A model generated the notes under the pieces. That model saw nothing but the letters and a program-made list of their open reading frames with translations, searched no databases and was not told the DNA's origin. From a virus (Duplodnaviria; Caudoviricetes), in IMG/VR virus record IMGVR_UViG_3300027533_000048, positions 1 to 42,538 of that record: a stretch of 42,538 nt of DNA; one strand, 5' to 3'. Below are positions 1 to 9,195 of this stretch, piece after piece (positions within the stretch are counted from its first letter, which is position 1; each line of letters starts with the position of its first letter). The position numbers and the translations under genes were made by a program.

Positions 1-2
1 CC

Positions 3-224
3 GCGCCGTTCGCGCTCGGCACGATCGTGTGGGCCGAACCGGGCAAAGTCGCGGTGTTCTGCCGCGTCGGTGCGACGGGCATCGCCATCGGTGCGACCGC
101 CGGTATCACGAACGGTGTCACCGTCGCCGCGGCGGCGGGAAACACGTTCACGAACGGCACCGGCCAGGCGCTCGTCACGGGCGACTACGCATTCCTGACT
201 TCGACGGTGGTTCTCACGCCGTAG
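3..224 (+). CDS. C-terminal part of putative capsid decoration/cement protein (5' part at 42455-42538)
   Basis: Open frame from the window start (APFALGTIVWAEPGKVAVFCRVG...GDYAFL). Small Ala/Gly/Thr-rich protein that follows the MCP gene on the circular map and precedes a terminator. Confidence 0.6.
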   Translation, partial: APFALGTIVWAEPGKVAVFCRVGATGIAIGATAGITNGVTVAAAAGNTFTNGTGQALVTGDYAFLTSTVVLTP

Positions 225-248
225 CCAATCCCCCTGTCTGGGACTCCC

Positions 249-281
249 AAGGCGCGGCGGTCAAACGCTGCGCCTTTTTTT
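249..281 (+). terminator. Rho-independent terminator ending the capsid transcript
   Basis: Stem GGCGCGGCG (251-259), loop GTCAAA, CGCTGCGCC (266-274), then T7. Confidence 0.85.
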
Positions 282-290
282 CAAAGGTGA

Positions 291-1868
291 GTGGTGCCGT
301 TCATCAACTTCGCGGAGGTCGCGGACGCAACCGGGCGCGTGCTGATGTCGCCCGACGTTGCGCCCGGCGATGCGTACCTCGGGGCGCTGCGTTACGACGC
401 CGCGTCGAGGGCGATTCGCGCAGTGTCTGCGGCTGCACCGCCGCCTGTGGTGGTCGAGGCCATCTTCGCGGCACCGACACCGCCGCCCGCCAACTTCTCT
501 GGGACGTATCGCTTGGGTACGGTCTACCAGATCAAGACCGCAGGGTCGGCCATTGGGATGCGGATGTGGCACGTCGCGGGCAACGCCAGCACGGGACGCC
601 CGCTTTACCTGTACGACGACACCACGGGTGCCCTGCTCGGCACGGCCAACATCGTTGAGCAACCGGCGGTATCGGAGTGGTGTCAAGCAAACTTCGCGGC
701 ACCCGTTCCGCTTGCGTACAACCAAACCGTCGTTGCGTGCTTCGATGAAACATCGTACTACGGTCGCGTCGATCCTCCCGGCCCGACTGTGACGAACCCG
801 CTGCACGCCATCTACGTCAGCGGGCGCTATGGCACTTATCAAGTTCCCGCGAAGCCCGACGGCAATCAGGTTGGGTATGCCTACTACGCCGACGTAATCA
901 TGGAGTACCCTGCCGACCCACCTGCGCCTGAGAACATCAACGCATTCCCCACGCCGCCCCCGAATATTGCCAACGGGTTGAATCGGTTTGGGATGGCGTG
1001 GCACATGGTAGTGAGTGGGAGTGTCAGGACCGTGCGTTTCTACCGGCACCCCAGTTCGGCAATCGAACACCGCACCATGCTCCTGTACGACTACCCATCG
1101 GGCGTACTGCTCTTTCAGAGTCCCGGCATCCCCAACGATCTGTTCGGCGTGGATGGTTGGGTCAGCGTGGATCTGCCGACGCCGTTCCCCTTGAGCGCGG
1201 GGCAGGAGGTTGTACTCTGCTACGACGAGAATTCCGGCATCGGTTACGCCACAGGGTACGCCGTGGTGAACCCGGCGCACGCGACCTATCTGTCGGGCTT
1301 CTACGGACCGGCGGGCGGGACTGTCGGCGGTATGCCCACAGGCAACGCGGGCGGGTACACCTACTTCGTGGATATGTTCGTGCTTTTCAACGCCGCCGTC
1401 GTCGTGGCACAGGCGAGCGCGGTGCCGGTGGTGTTCGCCAACGGACTGCCGTTCAACGAGGATGGACAGCTATGCGTGGACCCGGTTGCGGCACCCACGT
1501 CGTACAACAACGGTTTGGCGTTCTCCGACATCGGGGCGCTGCTGATCGACCCGCTCGCGCCGGTAGCCAACCACACGCACGGTTGGCCGGTGACGGCCAT
1601 AGGCAAGGTGTGTCAGTCGGGGATCACGACGCAATCCGCGCCGCCGCCAACGCCGCCGCCGCCCGTGGTCATCGAGTACGACCCGAACATCATCGTGCCG
1701 ATCCCGTGGCCGCATGACGTGGCGACACCGGCGCTCATCCCGCCGGAACCGGAACCAGAGGCGCAGTCCATCCAAAACTGGTGGCAAGGGGTTAAGATCG
1801 CTGCACGCCGTCTGTGGGGCCGTCTGACGGAGTGGGTGGACCCCGTTCTGACTTGGAGGGTGTGGTAA
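291..1868 (+). CDS. Virion-associated protein with two tandem DUF4082-like domains
   Basis: Two repeats (RLGTVYQIKTAGSAIGMRMW...YYADV and RFGMAWHMVVSGSVRTVRFYR...YFVDM) resembling DUF4082. The flanks are paralogous to the next ORF. Confidence 0.65.
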   Translation: MVPFINFAEVADATGRVLMSPDVAPGDAYLGALRYDAASRAIRAVSAAAPPPVVVEAIFAAPTPPPANFSGTYRLGTVYQIKTAGSAIGMRMWHVAGNASTGRPLYLYDDTTGALLGTANIVEQPAVSEWCQANFAAPVPLAYNQTVVACFDETSYYGRVDPPGPTVTNPLHAIYVSGRYGTYQVPAKPDGNQVGYAYYADVIMEYPADPPAPENINAFPTPPPNIANGLNRFGMAWHMVVSGSVRTVRFYRHPSSAIEHRTMLLYDYPSGVLLFQSPGIPNDLFGVDGWVSVDLPTPFPLSAGQEVVLCYDENSGIGYATGYAVVNPAHATYLSGFYGPAGGTVGGMPTGNAGGYTYFVDMFVLFNAAVVVAQASAVPVVFANGLPFNEDGQLCVDPVAAPTSYNNGLAFSDIGALLIDPLAPVANHTHGWPVTAIGKVCQSGITTQSAPPPTPPPPVVIEYDPNIIVPIPWPHDVATPALIPPEPEPEAQSIQNWWQGVKIAARRLWGRLTEWVDPVLTWRVW

Positions 1869-2284
1869 TGCCATTCATCAACGGATTGGAAATCAACCCC
1901 GCGACAGGTCGAGCCAGGATCGACTTGAACGTGGCGATACCGAACCCGAAGGTGCAACTGGCGGGGCGCCTGTACGACGCCAACAACAACCTGCAGGTGG
2001 ACGACAGCGCCACGCCCGCGCCGTTTTCGTGGGTGTGCGGGATTCGCTACAACGCGCTCGGGCAGATGGAGATCGTGCAGTCGCTGCCAGGCGGCGAGGC
2101 GCTCTACGTCAATGGGCTGCGCGTGTCACAGGCGGGTGCGATCGCCATCTCGGCGGGCGGGCCGATCGCCAATCATGTGCATGGTTGGCCGGTCACGATT
2201 GACGGGGCGCTGTGCATTGAGGCGGGCGTGCTACTCGGCGCATTCAGTGATGGATTCTCGGATGGGTTCGACAATGGCGCGTAA
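1868..2284 (+). CDS. Putative virion structural protein
   Basis: TAATG overlap with the upstream stop. MPFINGLEI..., ending in a GAFSDGFSDGFD motif common in phage structural proteins. Confidence 0.7.
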   Translation: MPFINGLEINPATGRARIDLNVAIPNPKVQLAGRLYDANNNLQVDDSATPAPFSWVCGIRYNALGQMEIVQSLPGGEALYVNGLRVSQAGAIAISAGGPIANHVHGWPVTIDGALCIEAGVLLGAFSDGFSDGFDNGA

Positions 2285-2837
2285 AACGATCGCGGAGCTA
2301 CTGGCGGAAGTGCAAGCCAACTTCCCCGACAACAACTCGGGGCAGATCACGCCGGCGATCATCCGCGCGTTCTTCAACGACCTGATCGAGTCGGTCGGCC
2401 CATCGTTCGCCATATTCTCCCGGCAAATGCCACTGCCGCTCGGCGTGGTCGGTGCGGCGCCGGTGGTCATCTCCGACTACAACGGCATCGGCGCGGCACA
2501 GGCGCCGTGGACGTTCGCGCCGCTGCTGGGCACGCTGACCTGGCCCGAGTTCCCCAACGCCGCGAAGGTCGACGTACAGGCCACGCTGGAGCTCGCCGCG
2601 AACGACGCGGTGGAGCTCGAGCTGTACGTCAATGGCGTGGCGACCGGCTACATCAGGCAAGCAACCGCCGGCGAGGGTGCGGGCGCGGGCAATCCGGTGT
2701 CCGTCACCTTCGGCGGCATCGTCACCAACAACTCATCGGCGTCGATCTATGATGTCCGCATCCGTTCGCTGGTGGGCAACGCATCGCCCACGCTCAACTA
2801 CATCACCGTAACCGCAACATCGATCACCGTTCGCTAA
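2274..2837 (+). CDS. Putative virion structural protein
   Basis: ATG 2274, MARKTIAELL...FPDNNSGQITPAIIR (conserved phage N-terminal motif), beta-rich C-terminus. Confidence 0.7.
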   Translation: MARKTIAELLAEVQANFPDNNSGQITPAIIRAFFNDLIESVGPSFAIFSRQMPLPLGVVGAAPVVISDYNGIGAAQAPWTFAPLLGTLTWPEFPNAAKVDVQATLELAANDAVELELYVNGVATGYIRQATAGEGAGAGNPVSVTFGGIVTNNSSASIYDVRIRSLVGNASPTLNYITVTATSITVR

Positions 2838-2853
2838 CCTGACGAGGACACAC

Positions 2854-3429
2854 ATGCAAGGACTGATGCAGCCGCAAGAGAACTTCCCCCCGCTGGCCCC
2901 CGGCGACGAGCTTCTGTACGTCCAGTTTTATATGGGCTCCATGAAGAACGAGGAAAAGACTGTCGAGGCCGGGCGTCCGATCTTCGACTCGGTGCCATTC
3001 GTGAAGATCCTGGTGCCGGGGGATCGCAACACCGTGGTCAACACGACGGTGGACGAGAAGGTGAAGCGCCGGTTCGCGCGGCTGTGGTCGCAGTTCCAGC
3101 ACAACGTGACGCAGACGATTGAGGGCACGCCGCTCACCGAGTGGCCCGCGATCACCCGCGCACAGGCGGATGAACTCATCTACCTCAACATCACCACCGT
3201 CGAGCAGATCGCAGATCTGGCGGACGTGTACGGCTCGCGCATCATGGGCTTCCAGGACTTGAAGCGCAAAGCGATCACCTACCTCGCGGCGGCGAAGGAC
3301 TCGGCATTGACCGAGAAGCTGTCGGCGGAGAACGCGAACCTGCAGGGCCAGATCACCTACCTGCAGGACGAGTTGCGGAAGGTGAACAAACGCTTCGAGG
3401 ACATGGAGGCTGCGAAAAAGAATGAATAG
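2854..3429 (+). CDS. Conserved hypothetical phage protein (HhH-like segment plus C-terminal coiled coil)
   Basis: GAGG SD. GTPLTEWP...ITTVEQIADL motif and a heptad-rich C-terminus. Confidence 0.75.
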   Translation: MQGLMQPQENFPPLAPGDELLYVQFYMGSMKNEEKTVEAGRPIFDSVPFVKILVPGDRNTVVNTTVDEKVKRRFARLWSQFQHNVTQTIEGTPLTEWPAITRAQADELIYLNITTVEQIADLADVYGSRIMGFQDLKRKAITYLAAAKDSALTEKLSAENANLQGQITYLQDELRKVNKRFEDMEAAKKNE

Positions 3430-4174
3430 CACCGTCCTTGATGTCATCCGTACCGCGTGCGCGGAGATGTCGCTGCAAGCGCCGACATCGGTCGCGGCCA
3501 ATCCCGAACTGATCCCGCAGCAGCTGTTCGCGCTCTACAACGCGACCGGCGAGATGCTGGTGAAGCGCCGCTTCTGGCGCGAACTGTTCGGAGAGGCGAC
3601 GATCAACTGCGTCGACGGCCAGGCGGCGTATCCGCTGCCGCCGGACTTCGCGCGCCCGCTGTCGCAGACGGAGTGGGACCAGACCAACCGCTGGCCCATG
3701 ATCGGGCCGGAAACGCCGCAGCAGTGGCAATACCTCAAGTCGGGCATCCTCTCGACGGGGCCGCGCGAGCGCTTCCGCCTGGTCGGCAGCACGATCGAAA
3801 TCTGGCCGGTGCCGGGTGCGAACACGACCGGCGGTGGCTTGCCGCTGCCGCTCACGCTCTCGTACTACTACGTCAGCAAGGGCTGGGTGATCGACGGCGA
3901 CTCGATCGCGCTCCCGCCGCTGGTACGCAAAACGAAGGCAACGAAGGACACCGACTCCTGCATTTTCGAGGATCGGCTGATGATCTCGGGGATCAAGTTC
4001 CGCTTCTACGGTGCGAAGGGATTCGATACCACTTCGTTCGCCGCGGAGTGGCAGAGCAACCTGGACGACGCGATCGCGCAGGATCAGGGCGGGCCGATCC
4101 TCTCGCTGGCGCGTGCGCCGCAGTTTCCGCTTATCACGATTTACAATATTCCCGATGGGAATTGGCCCGGCTGA
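3422..4174 (+). CDS. Head-tail adaptor (tail tubular protein A-like)
   Basis: 250 aa, N-terminal helical segment, YPLPPDF motif, located before the nozzle gene. Confidence 0.7.
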   Translation: MNSTVLDVIRTACAEMSLQAPTSVAANPELIPQQLFALYNATGEMLVKRRFWRELFGEATINCVDGQAAYPLPPDFARPLSQTEWDQTNRWPMIGPETPQQWQYLKSGILSTGPRERFRLVGSTIEIWPVPGANTTGGGLPLPLTLSYYYVSKGWVIDGDSIALPPLVRKTKATKDTDSCIFEDRLMISGIKFRFYGAKGFDTTSFAAEWQSNLDDAIAQDQGGPILSLARAPQFPLITIYNIPDGNWPG

Positions 4175-4175
4175 T

Positions 4176-4310
4176 GTGGAGACTAAACCACGCAGCGCAA
4201 TGGAGCGCATCGCCGTGCTTGAGGCGAAGGTGCGGCTCATCTCGTTGGTGTTGAAGGGAACCATCGCGGCGATCGTTGCCGTAGTGGTCGGGTACTTCAC
4301 GAACAGGTAG
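4176..4310 (+). CDS. Small single-TM membrane protein (holin/anti-holin candidate)
   Basis: GTG 4176 (or ATG 4200). ERIAVLEAK coiled segment then hydrophobic TIAAIVAVVVGYF. Confidence 0.5.
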   Translation: METKPRSAMERIAVLEAKVRLISLVLKGTIAAIVAVVVGYFTNR

Positions 4311-4318
4311 GAGGTCGC

Positions 4319-4522
4319 ATGGAAGGACTCGCTGGAATTCTGCTCAGTCTGGTCATCGTCGGACTGATCTGCTATCTGCTGTGGTGGCTGATCGGCTACA
4401 TCGCCCTGCCCGCACCGTTCGACAAGGTGGCGCGCGTTCTCGTCGCGGTGTTCGCGGTCATCTACATCATCGGTCTGCTCACGGGTCAGTGGGCGGCATT
4501 CCCGATCCTGCGATTCCGATAA
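4319..4522 (+). CDS. Two-TM membrane protein (Thivi_2564-like; holin candidate)
   Basis: Strong AGGAGG SD. Two hydrophobic helices separated by LPAPFDK, basic C-terminus. Confidence 0.65.
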   Translation: MEGLAGILLSLVIVGLICYLLWWLIGYIALPAPFDKVARVLVAVFAVIYIIGLLTGQWAAFPILRFR

Positions 4523-6126
4523 TGGCAAAAGCGTCAGTCCTCGCGCGTCCCGCGCAGAAGGTGAGCAACCTCACCTCCATCCCGGCCCCCACGGGAGGAC
4601 TGAACGCGCGCGACTCGCTGATGGCGATGTCGCCAGACCAGGCCGTCACGCTCAAGAACATCTTCCCGCAGCGCTACGGCGCCCAGCTGCGCCTCGGGTG
4701 GGCGCGGCACGCGGTGCTGGCCGCACCGGCGGCGATCGAAACGCTGATGAACTACGCCGATCATCTCGGCACGGAGAAGCTGTTCGCCATCGCGGGCGGC
4801 ACCATCTGGGATGTCACCACGCAAGCCGCGGCGCCGGTGGCTACCGGCGTCACCGGACTGTCGAACAGCCGCTGGCAGTACACGCAGCTCACGAACGTGC
4901 AGGGCAGTTTCCTCGTCGCGGTGAACGGCGTGGACCCGCCGATCATCTACAACGGCACCACCTGGTCGAACCTGGCGCTAGTGCTGCCCGCGAGCCCGCC
5001 GGCCGGCACTACCATCAACAAGATGATCCACGTTCACCTGGTGCATCGGCGCCTGTGGTTCACCGAGATCAACAGCACCCGCGCGTGGTATCTGCCGGTC
5101 GACCAGGTGGCGGGGACACTGGCGATGTTCGACGCGGGCGAGCTATTCTCGCGCGGCGGATTCCTGCAGTGCGTGAAGTCATGGACGGTCGACGCGGCCG
5201 CGGGCTCGGACGATCATGTGGTGCTGATCTCGTCCAAGGGCGACATCGCTGTATATACAGGCTTCGACCCGACAGTGGCGACCGACTTCACGTTGGACGG
5301 CGTGTACCGCATCGGCTCGACACTCGGGCGGCGCTGCGCCACGAAGTTCGGTTCGGACCTGCTCATCTTCTGCGAGGACGGCGTGCTGCCGCTCACGTCC
5401 ATCCTGGCGCAGTCGAAGATCCTCAACCCGACCCCGCTCACCGATCTGATCCAGTTGAAGCTGAGTGAGGACGTAGGCACGTTCTCCACGCTCTACGGGT
5501 GGGAGCCGGTGGTGAGCAATCGCGCCAATCAGCTTTATCTGAACATCCCCACCAGTGTCGCGGCGGGCGTGATGGTGTACCGCCAGTATGTGATGAACAC
5601 CGTCACCGGCGCGTGGTGCGAGTTCGAGAACTACAACGGCGTCAGCTGGGCAGTCCACAAGAACGAACTGTTCTTCGGCACGCCCAACGGCATCGTCGGC
5701 CATGCGTGGTTCGGCACCCTCGACAACTACGACTTCGCGCTCGACACCGGCGGCGCCATCCCGGCGCAAGCGCTGTGCGCGTTCGCCTACCTCGGGCGCG
5801 GGGCGCAGCAGAAGCACATCACGATGGCTCGGGCCACGATGCAAGCGCCGATCGAACCGCAGTTCCGGCTCACGGTGAACGTCGACTTCAAGATCGAGGA
5901 CGACTCCCCGCCGATCCCGCCGGCCAACGCGTCAACGATCGCCGCCAAGTGGGACCAGGCAATCTGGGATCAGGACGTGTGGGGTGCCGCGTCGACCATC
6001 TTCAAGCGCTGGGTGGGCGTGGGCGAGATCGGGTTCTGCGCCGCGACGTTCCTCAAGACATCCACGTCATTCGGGTACATCTGGGTGTCCACCGATCTGC
6101 TGGTCGAGGAAGGGGCGGTCCTGTGA
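4522..6126 (+). CDS. Tail nozzle / DNA stabilisation protein (tail tubular protein B / P22 gp10-like)
   Basis: TAATG coupling. SIPAPTGGLNARD N-terminus, beta-propeller-like content, WDQAIWD motif, position after the adaptor. Confidence 0.75.
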   Translation: MAKASVLARPAQKVSNLTSIPAPTGGLNARDSLMAMSPDQAVTLKNIFPQRYGAQLRLGWARHAVLAAPAAIETLMNYADHLGTEKLFAIAGGTIWDVTTQAAAPVATGVTGLSNSRWQYTQLTNVQGSFLVAVNGVDPPIIYNGTTWSNLALVLPASPPAGTTINKMIHVHLVHRRLWFTEINSTRAWYLPVDQVAGTLAMFDAGELFSRGGFLQCVKSWTVDAAAGSDDHVVLISSKGDIAVYTGFDPTVATDFTLDGVYRIGSTLGRRCATKFGSDLLIFCEDGVLPLTSILAQSKILNPTPLTDLIQLKLSEDVGTFSTLYGWEPVVSNRANQLYLNIPTSVAAGVMVYRQYVMNTVTGAWCEFENYNGVSWAVHKNELFFGTPNGIVGHAWFGTLDNYDFALDTGGAIPAQALCAFAYLGRGAQQKHITMARATMQAPIEPQFRLTVNVDFKIEDDSPPIPPANASTIAAKWDQAIWDQDVWGAASTIFKRWVGVGEIGFCAATFLKTSTSFGYIWVSTDLLVEEGAVL

Positions 6127-6587
6127 GGCAGATCGTTACCAACTGCGAGGAGGTGATGGGGCCGTTCATGGAGCGCATGTGCGACTCGCACGGGGCGTTC
6201 GCGGTCGGTCGCTGCGTCGGGCTGATCGAGGTGGACGAGGACACGGGCCGGGTGGAGATCATCGCGTGCGTCTGGTTCGAGGGATTCAACGGCGCCAACA
6301 TCAACATGCACGTCGCCGCGGTCCCCGGCTCGCGCTGGATGACGCGGGAGTTCCTCTGGTACGTTTTCCACTACCCGTTCATGGAATGCAGGGTGAAGCG
6401 CATCACCGGCCTGGTGCCGGAATCCAACTATGCAGCTCGGCGCTTCGATGAACACATCGGCTTCAAGCTGGAGGCCACGCTCAAGGATGCGGCCCCCGAC
6501 GGCGATCTGCGCGTCTACACGATGTTCCGCGAGGATTGCCGCTGGCTGAAACCGCCGCGCGGCTGCGCGCCACGAAAGGCAAACTGA
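6123..6587 (+). CDS. GNAT-fold acetyltransferase-like virion assembly protein (P22 gp14/T7 gp13-like position)
   Basis: GTGA overlap. RITGLVPESNYAARRFDEHIGFKLE is a RimJ/RimL-type GNAT motif; lies between nozzle and ejection genes. Confidence 0.8.
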   Translation: MRQIVTNCEEVMGPFMERMCDSHGAFAVGRCVGLIEVDEDTGRVEIIACVWFEGFNGANINMHVAAVPGSRWMTREFLWYVFHYPFMECRVKRITGLVPESNYAARRFDEHIGFKLEATLKDAAPDGDLRVYTMFREDCRWLKPPRGCAPRKAN

Positions 6588-8101
6588 TGGGCAACCAGGC
6601 AAACGGCGGCAAGGGCAAGAGCCCACCGAACCCGAACTACGGATCGGGCGCGAGTACCGACAACTCCAACGGCGTCTACAACGCCGGTGTGGCATCTGCT
6701 GCGGCTGCGCCCCAGTACGATCAGGGGCTCGGTGCGGGCACGCTCGGCGCTACGCCGGGGAATTCCACGACCGGCACCGCGCCGCTCAGTACGACGCCCA
6801 CAGGCGCTACGGGCCTCGTTGACCCCAACGCGCCCACCGGCGCCACTGGCGCAGTCGCCACGCCCATCGGCGCCACTGGCGCTACGCCGCCCGCGGCGTA
6901 CACGGGACCGCAGCCTGGCGGCAAGGGACAGGGCGGGAAGGGCAACATGGCGCCGACGCCCGCAGGGACGATGCAGAGTCAGGCGGCGCTGGCCGGCGCC
7001 ACGGGCTCGACGGCCCCGGCGGGATACTCGACATCGTATGTTCCGCCGCCGCCGCCCGTGTTCACCGCGGCAGCGGGCACGGGATCGCCCATGTCGGGAT
7101 CGAGCCTGACCGTCGGGGATGCGGTCAGCCAGGGCAAAGCGGCCAAGGGCGGCACGCCGGGCGCTCCCGCGGGCACGCTGGGCGGCTTCAACAACCCCGC
7201 GGGCGGTGGGCAGCAGCAGGGCGCGCAGAGCGGCGTAGCGGGCGCTACAGGCACCACAGCACCGGGCGCCACGGGCACGACCGGCCCGGTCGACTATGCC
7301 GCGCAGTTACCCAACAGGTTCAACGCGCAGACCGATCCGACAGGCGGGTACGCGAAGATGTATAACCAGCAGCAAGCCGCGAAGGCCGCGCAAGCGAACG
7401 CGCCCGATTGGATGAAGAAGATGATGGCCGGGACGGGCGGCGCTGAAATTGCAGAGGGAACGAACAAGGATTGGCAGTCGGTCGTCAAGAAAATGTCGGG
7501 GTCGAGCGATCCGTTCGCCGCGATGCAACAGCTTGCCAAGACGGCGGGGCCGAACGGTATGGCGAATGTTCACCGTTCGTTGAAAGCCGCCGGAATTGCA
7601 ACCGGCACCGCCGACCGGCTGTTGGAGATGTTCACCAACTCGGGCAGCAATCAGGAGCAAGCGGCTCGGCGCTTGGGCGTCTACGAGCAGTGGGCGAAGA
7701 TGACGCAGGGCGACAAGTGGCAGGATGCGGTCGGCAAGGAAAAAGAACTTGAGGCGTGGCGGCGCGCGAACCCGACGCTCGGGAACAGTCCTGCGTATCC
7801 GGTTCCCGGCGCGACAGGCACCACGGCGCCGCCGCCCGCAGCAACCGGCGCGACAGGTCCGCCGCCCACAGTTACGCCGGACGTTACGCAGCCGCCGCCC
7901 GGCACAGGTGGCGTGGTGACGCCAGCGGAATCGGCGGCAACGCCCGGCCTGACGACGGATCGGGTGAATCAGATCGCGCGGCAGTACATGGTGTCGCCGG
8001 AAATCGCCAAGCAAATCTACATGCAAATCCTGCAACAATCGCAGGGTTCCGGCGGCGGGGATGGTCCCGGTGGTTCGGGTGGTGTCGGAGGAAATGAATA
8101 A
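6587..8101 (+). CDS. Low-complexity Gly/Ala/Thr/Pro-rich protein, probable ejection/internal virion protein
   Basis: TGATG coupling. N-terminal GGKGKSPPNPNYG resembles the next ORF; repeated GATG peptides. Confidence 0.6.
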   Translation: MGNQANGGKGKSPPNPNYGSGASTDNSNGVYNAGVASAAAAPQYDQGLGAGTLGATPGNSTTGTAPLSTTPTGATGLVDPNAPTGATGAVATPIGATGATPPAAYTGPQPGGKGQGGKGNMAPTPAGTMQSQAALAGATGSTAPAGYSTSYVPPPPPVFTAAAGTGSPMSGSSLTVGDAVSQGKAAKGGTPGAPAGTLGGFNNPAGGGQQQGAQSGVAGATGTTAPGATGTTGPVDYAAQLPNRFNAQTDPTGGYAKMYNQQQAAKAAQANAPDWMKKMMAGTGGAEIAEGTNKDWQSVVKKMSGSSDPFAAMQQLAKTAGPNGMANVHRSLKAAGIATGTADRLLEMFTNSGSNQEQAARRLGVYEQWAKMTQGDKWQDAVGKEKELEAWRRANPTLGNSPAYPVPGATGTTAPPPAATGATGPPPTVTPDVTQPPPGTGGVVTPAESAATPGLTTDRVNQIARQYMVSPEIAKQIYMQILQQSQGSGGGDGPGGSGGVGGNE

Positions 8102-9195
8102 TGGGCGGCAAATCAGCACCACAACCAACACCGGACTACGGCGCCGCTGCGAAAGAGCAGGGGCTCGCCAACGCCGCCACGTCCAAGGAAGATTGGATCA
8201 GGACACTCGGCACGCAGTCGGACCCGTACAAGACGACCTCGACCGTCGCGGACCCCAACTCCGCATCCGGCTACACGACCAAGACTACGTTCGATCCTGC
8301 GGACCAGGCGCGCCTCGACCAGCAGCGCAAGCTGATGTCACAGATGCTCGGCGTCGGGGACAGCACCGTGCAGCAGGTGCAGAACTCACTCGGCAAGGCA
8401 TTCGACACGTCGAGCCTGGACCCGCTCACGGGGCACGTTGACGCGGAGAAGATGGGCCGCGCCGGGATCAAGGGCGGCACCACGATGAACACCGACATCA
8501 ACCTGGAGGGTCTGCAGTCGCTCAACGACCCCACCGCGGTGCGCCAGAAGATGATGGACGAGTCCTACAAGAACTTCTCGTCGCGCTTCGATCCGGTGGC
8601 GGAGCGGCAGCAGGAGCAGATGCGCGCGCGCATCGCCAACATGGGCGGCGTCACCACGTCGGACGCTTCGCGGCAGCAGATGAGCGACTTGCTGCAGGGC
8701 CAGAACGACGCGCGCACGGCGGCGACGTTCGAGGCGCAGAAGGCCGGTCAGGATGCCGCCGCGCAGATCGAGGCGCAACAGCTCGCCAACCGCGGCCAGC
8801 AGTACGGCGAGCGCACCGGCGAGTTCGGTCTGGAGAACCAGGCGGTGATGGACGCGCTCGGCCAGCGCAACACGGCGGCGCAGCAGGACATCAACAACGC
8901 CTTCACCAACGCCAACCTCGGCAACGCCACACGCGCGCAGGGGCTCTCCGAGATGCAGCAGATTCGCCAGATGCCGATGAACGAACTGCTCGCGATGTTG
9001 AGCGGGACGCAGGTGCAGGGCGGCACCTTCGGTCAGCAGCAGGGCAGCAACACCACGGCGGCGCCGATCTTCGGTGCAGCACAGGCGACGGGCGCCGCGA
9101 ACCAGGCAGCGAACGCCACGGCAGCGTCGGAGCGCAACAGCATGATGAGCGCGCTCGGCAGCGTTGCGGGGATGGGCGCCACGGCGATGATCTGA
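8101..9195 (+). CDS. DNA ejection (pilot) protein, P22 gp7-like
   Basis: MGGKSAPQPTPDY start, Q/A-rich helical body, hydrophobic Gly-rich C-terminus. Confidence 0.7.
   Translation: MGGKSAPQPTPDYGAAAKEQGLANAATSKEDWIRTLGTQSDPYKTTSTVADPNSASGYTTKTTFDPADQARLDQQRKLMSQMLGVGDSTVQQVQNSLGKAFDTSSLDPLTGHVDAEKMGRAGIKGGTTMNTDINLEGLQSLNDPTAVRQKMMDESYKNFSSRFDPVAERQQEQMRARIANMGGVTTSDASRQQMSDLLQGQNDARTAATFEAQKAGQDAAAQIEAQQLANRGQQYGERTGEFGLENQAVMDALGQRNTAAQQDINNAFTNANLGNATRAQGLSEMQQIRQMPMNELLAMLSGTQVQGGTFGQQQGSNTTAAPIFGAAQATGAANQAANATAASERNSMMSALGSVAGMGATAMI

Noticed and set aside
5499-6122. N-terminal extension of the 362-aa ORF
   Set aside because: Overlaps the nozzle gene; the GNAT domain starts at GTG 6123.
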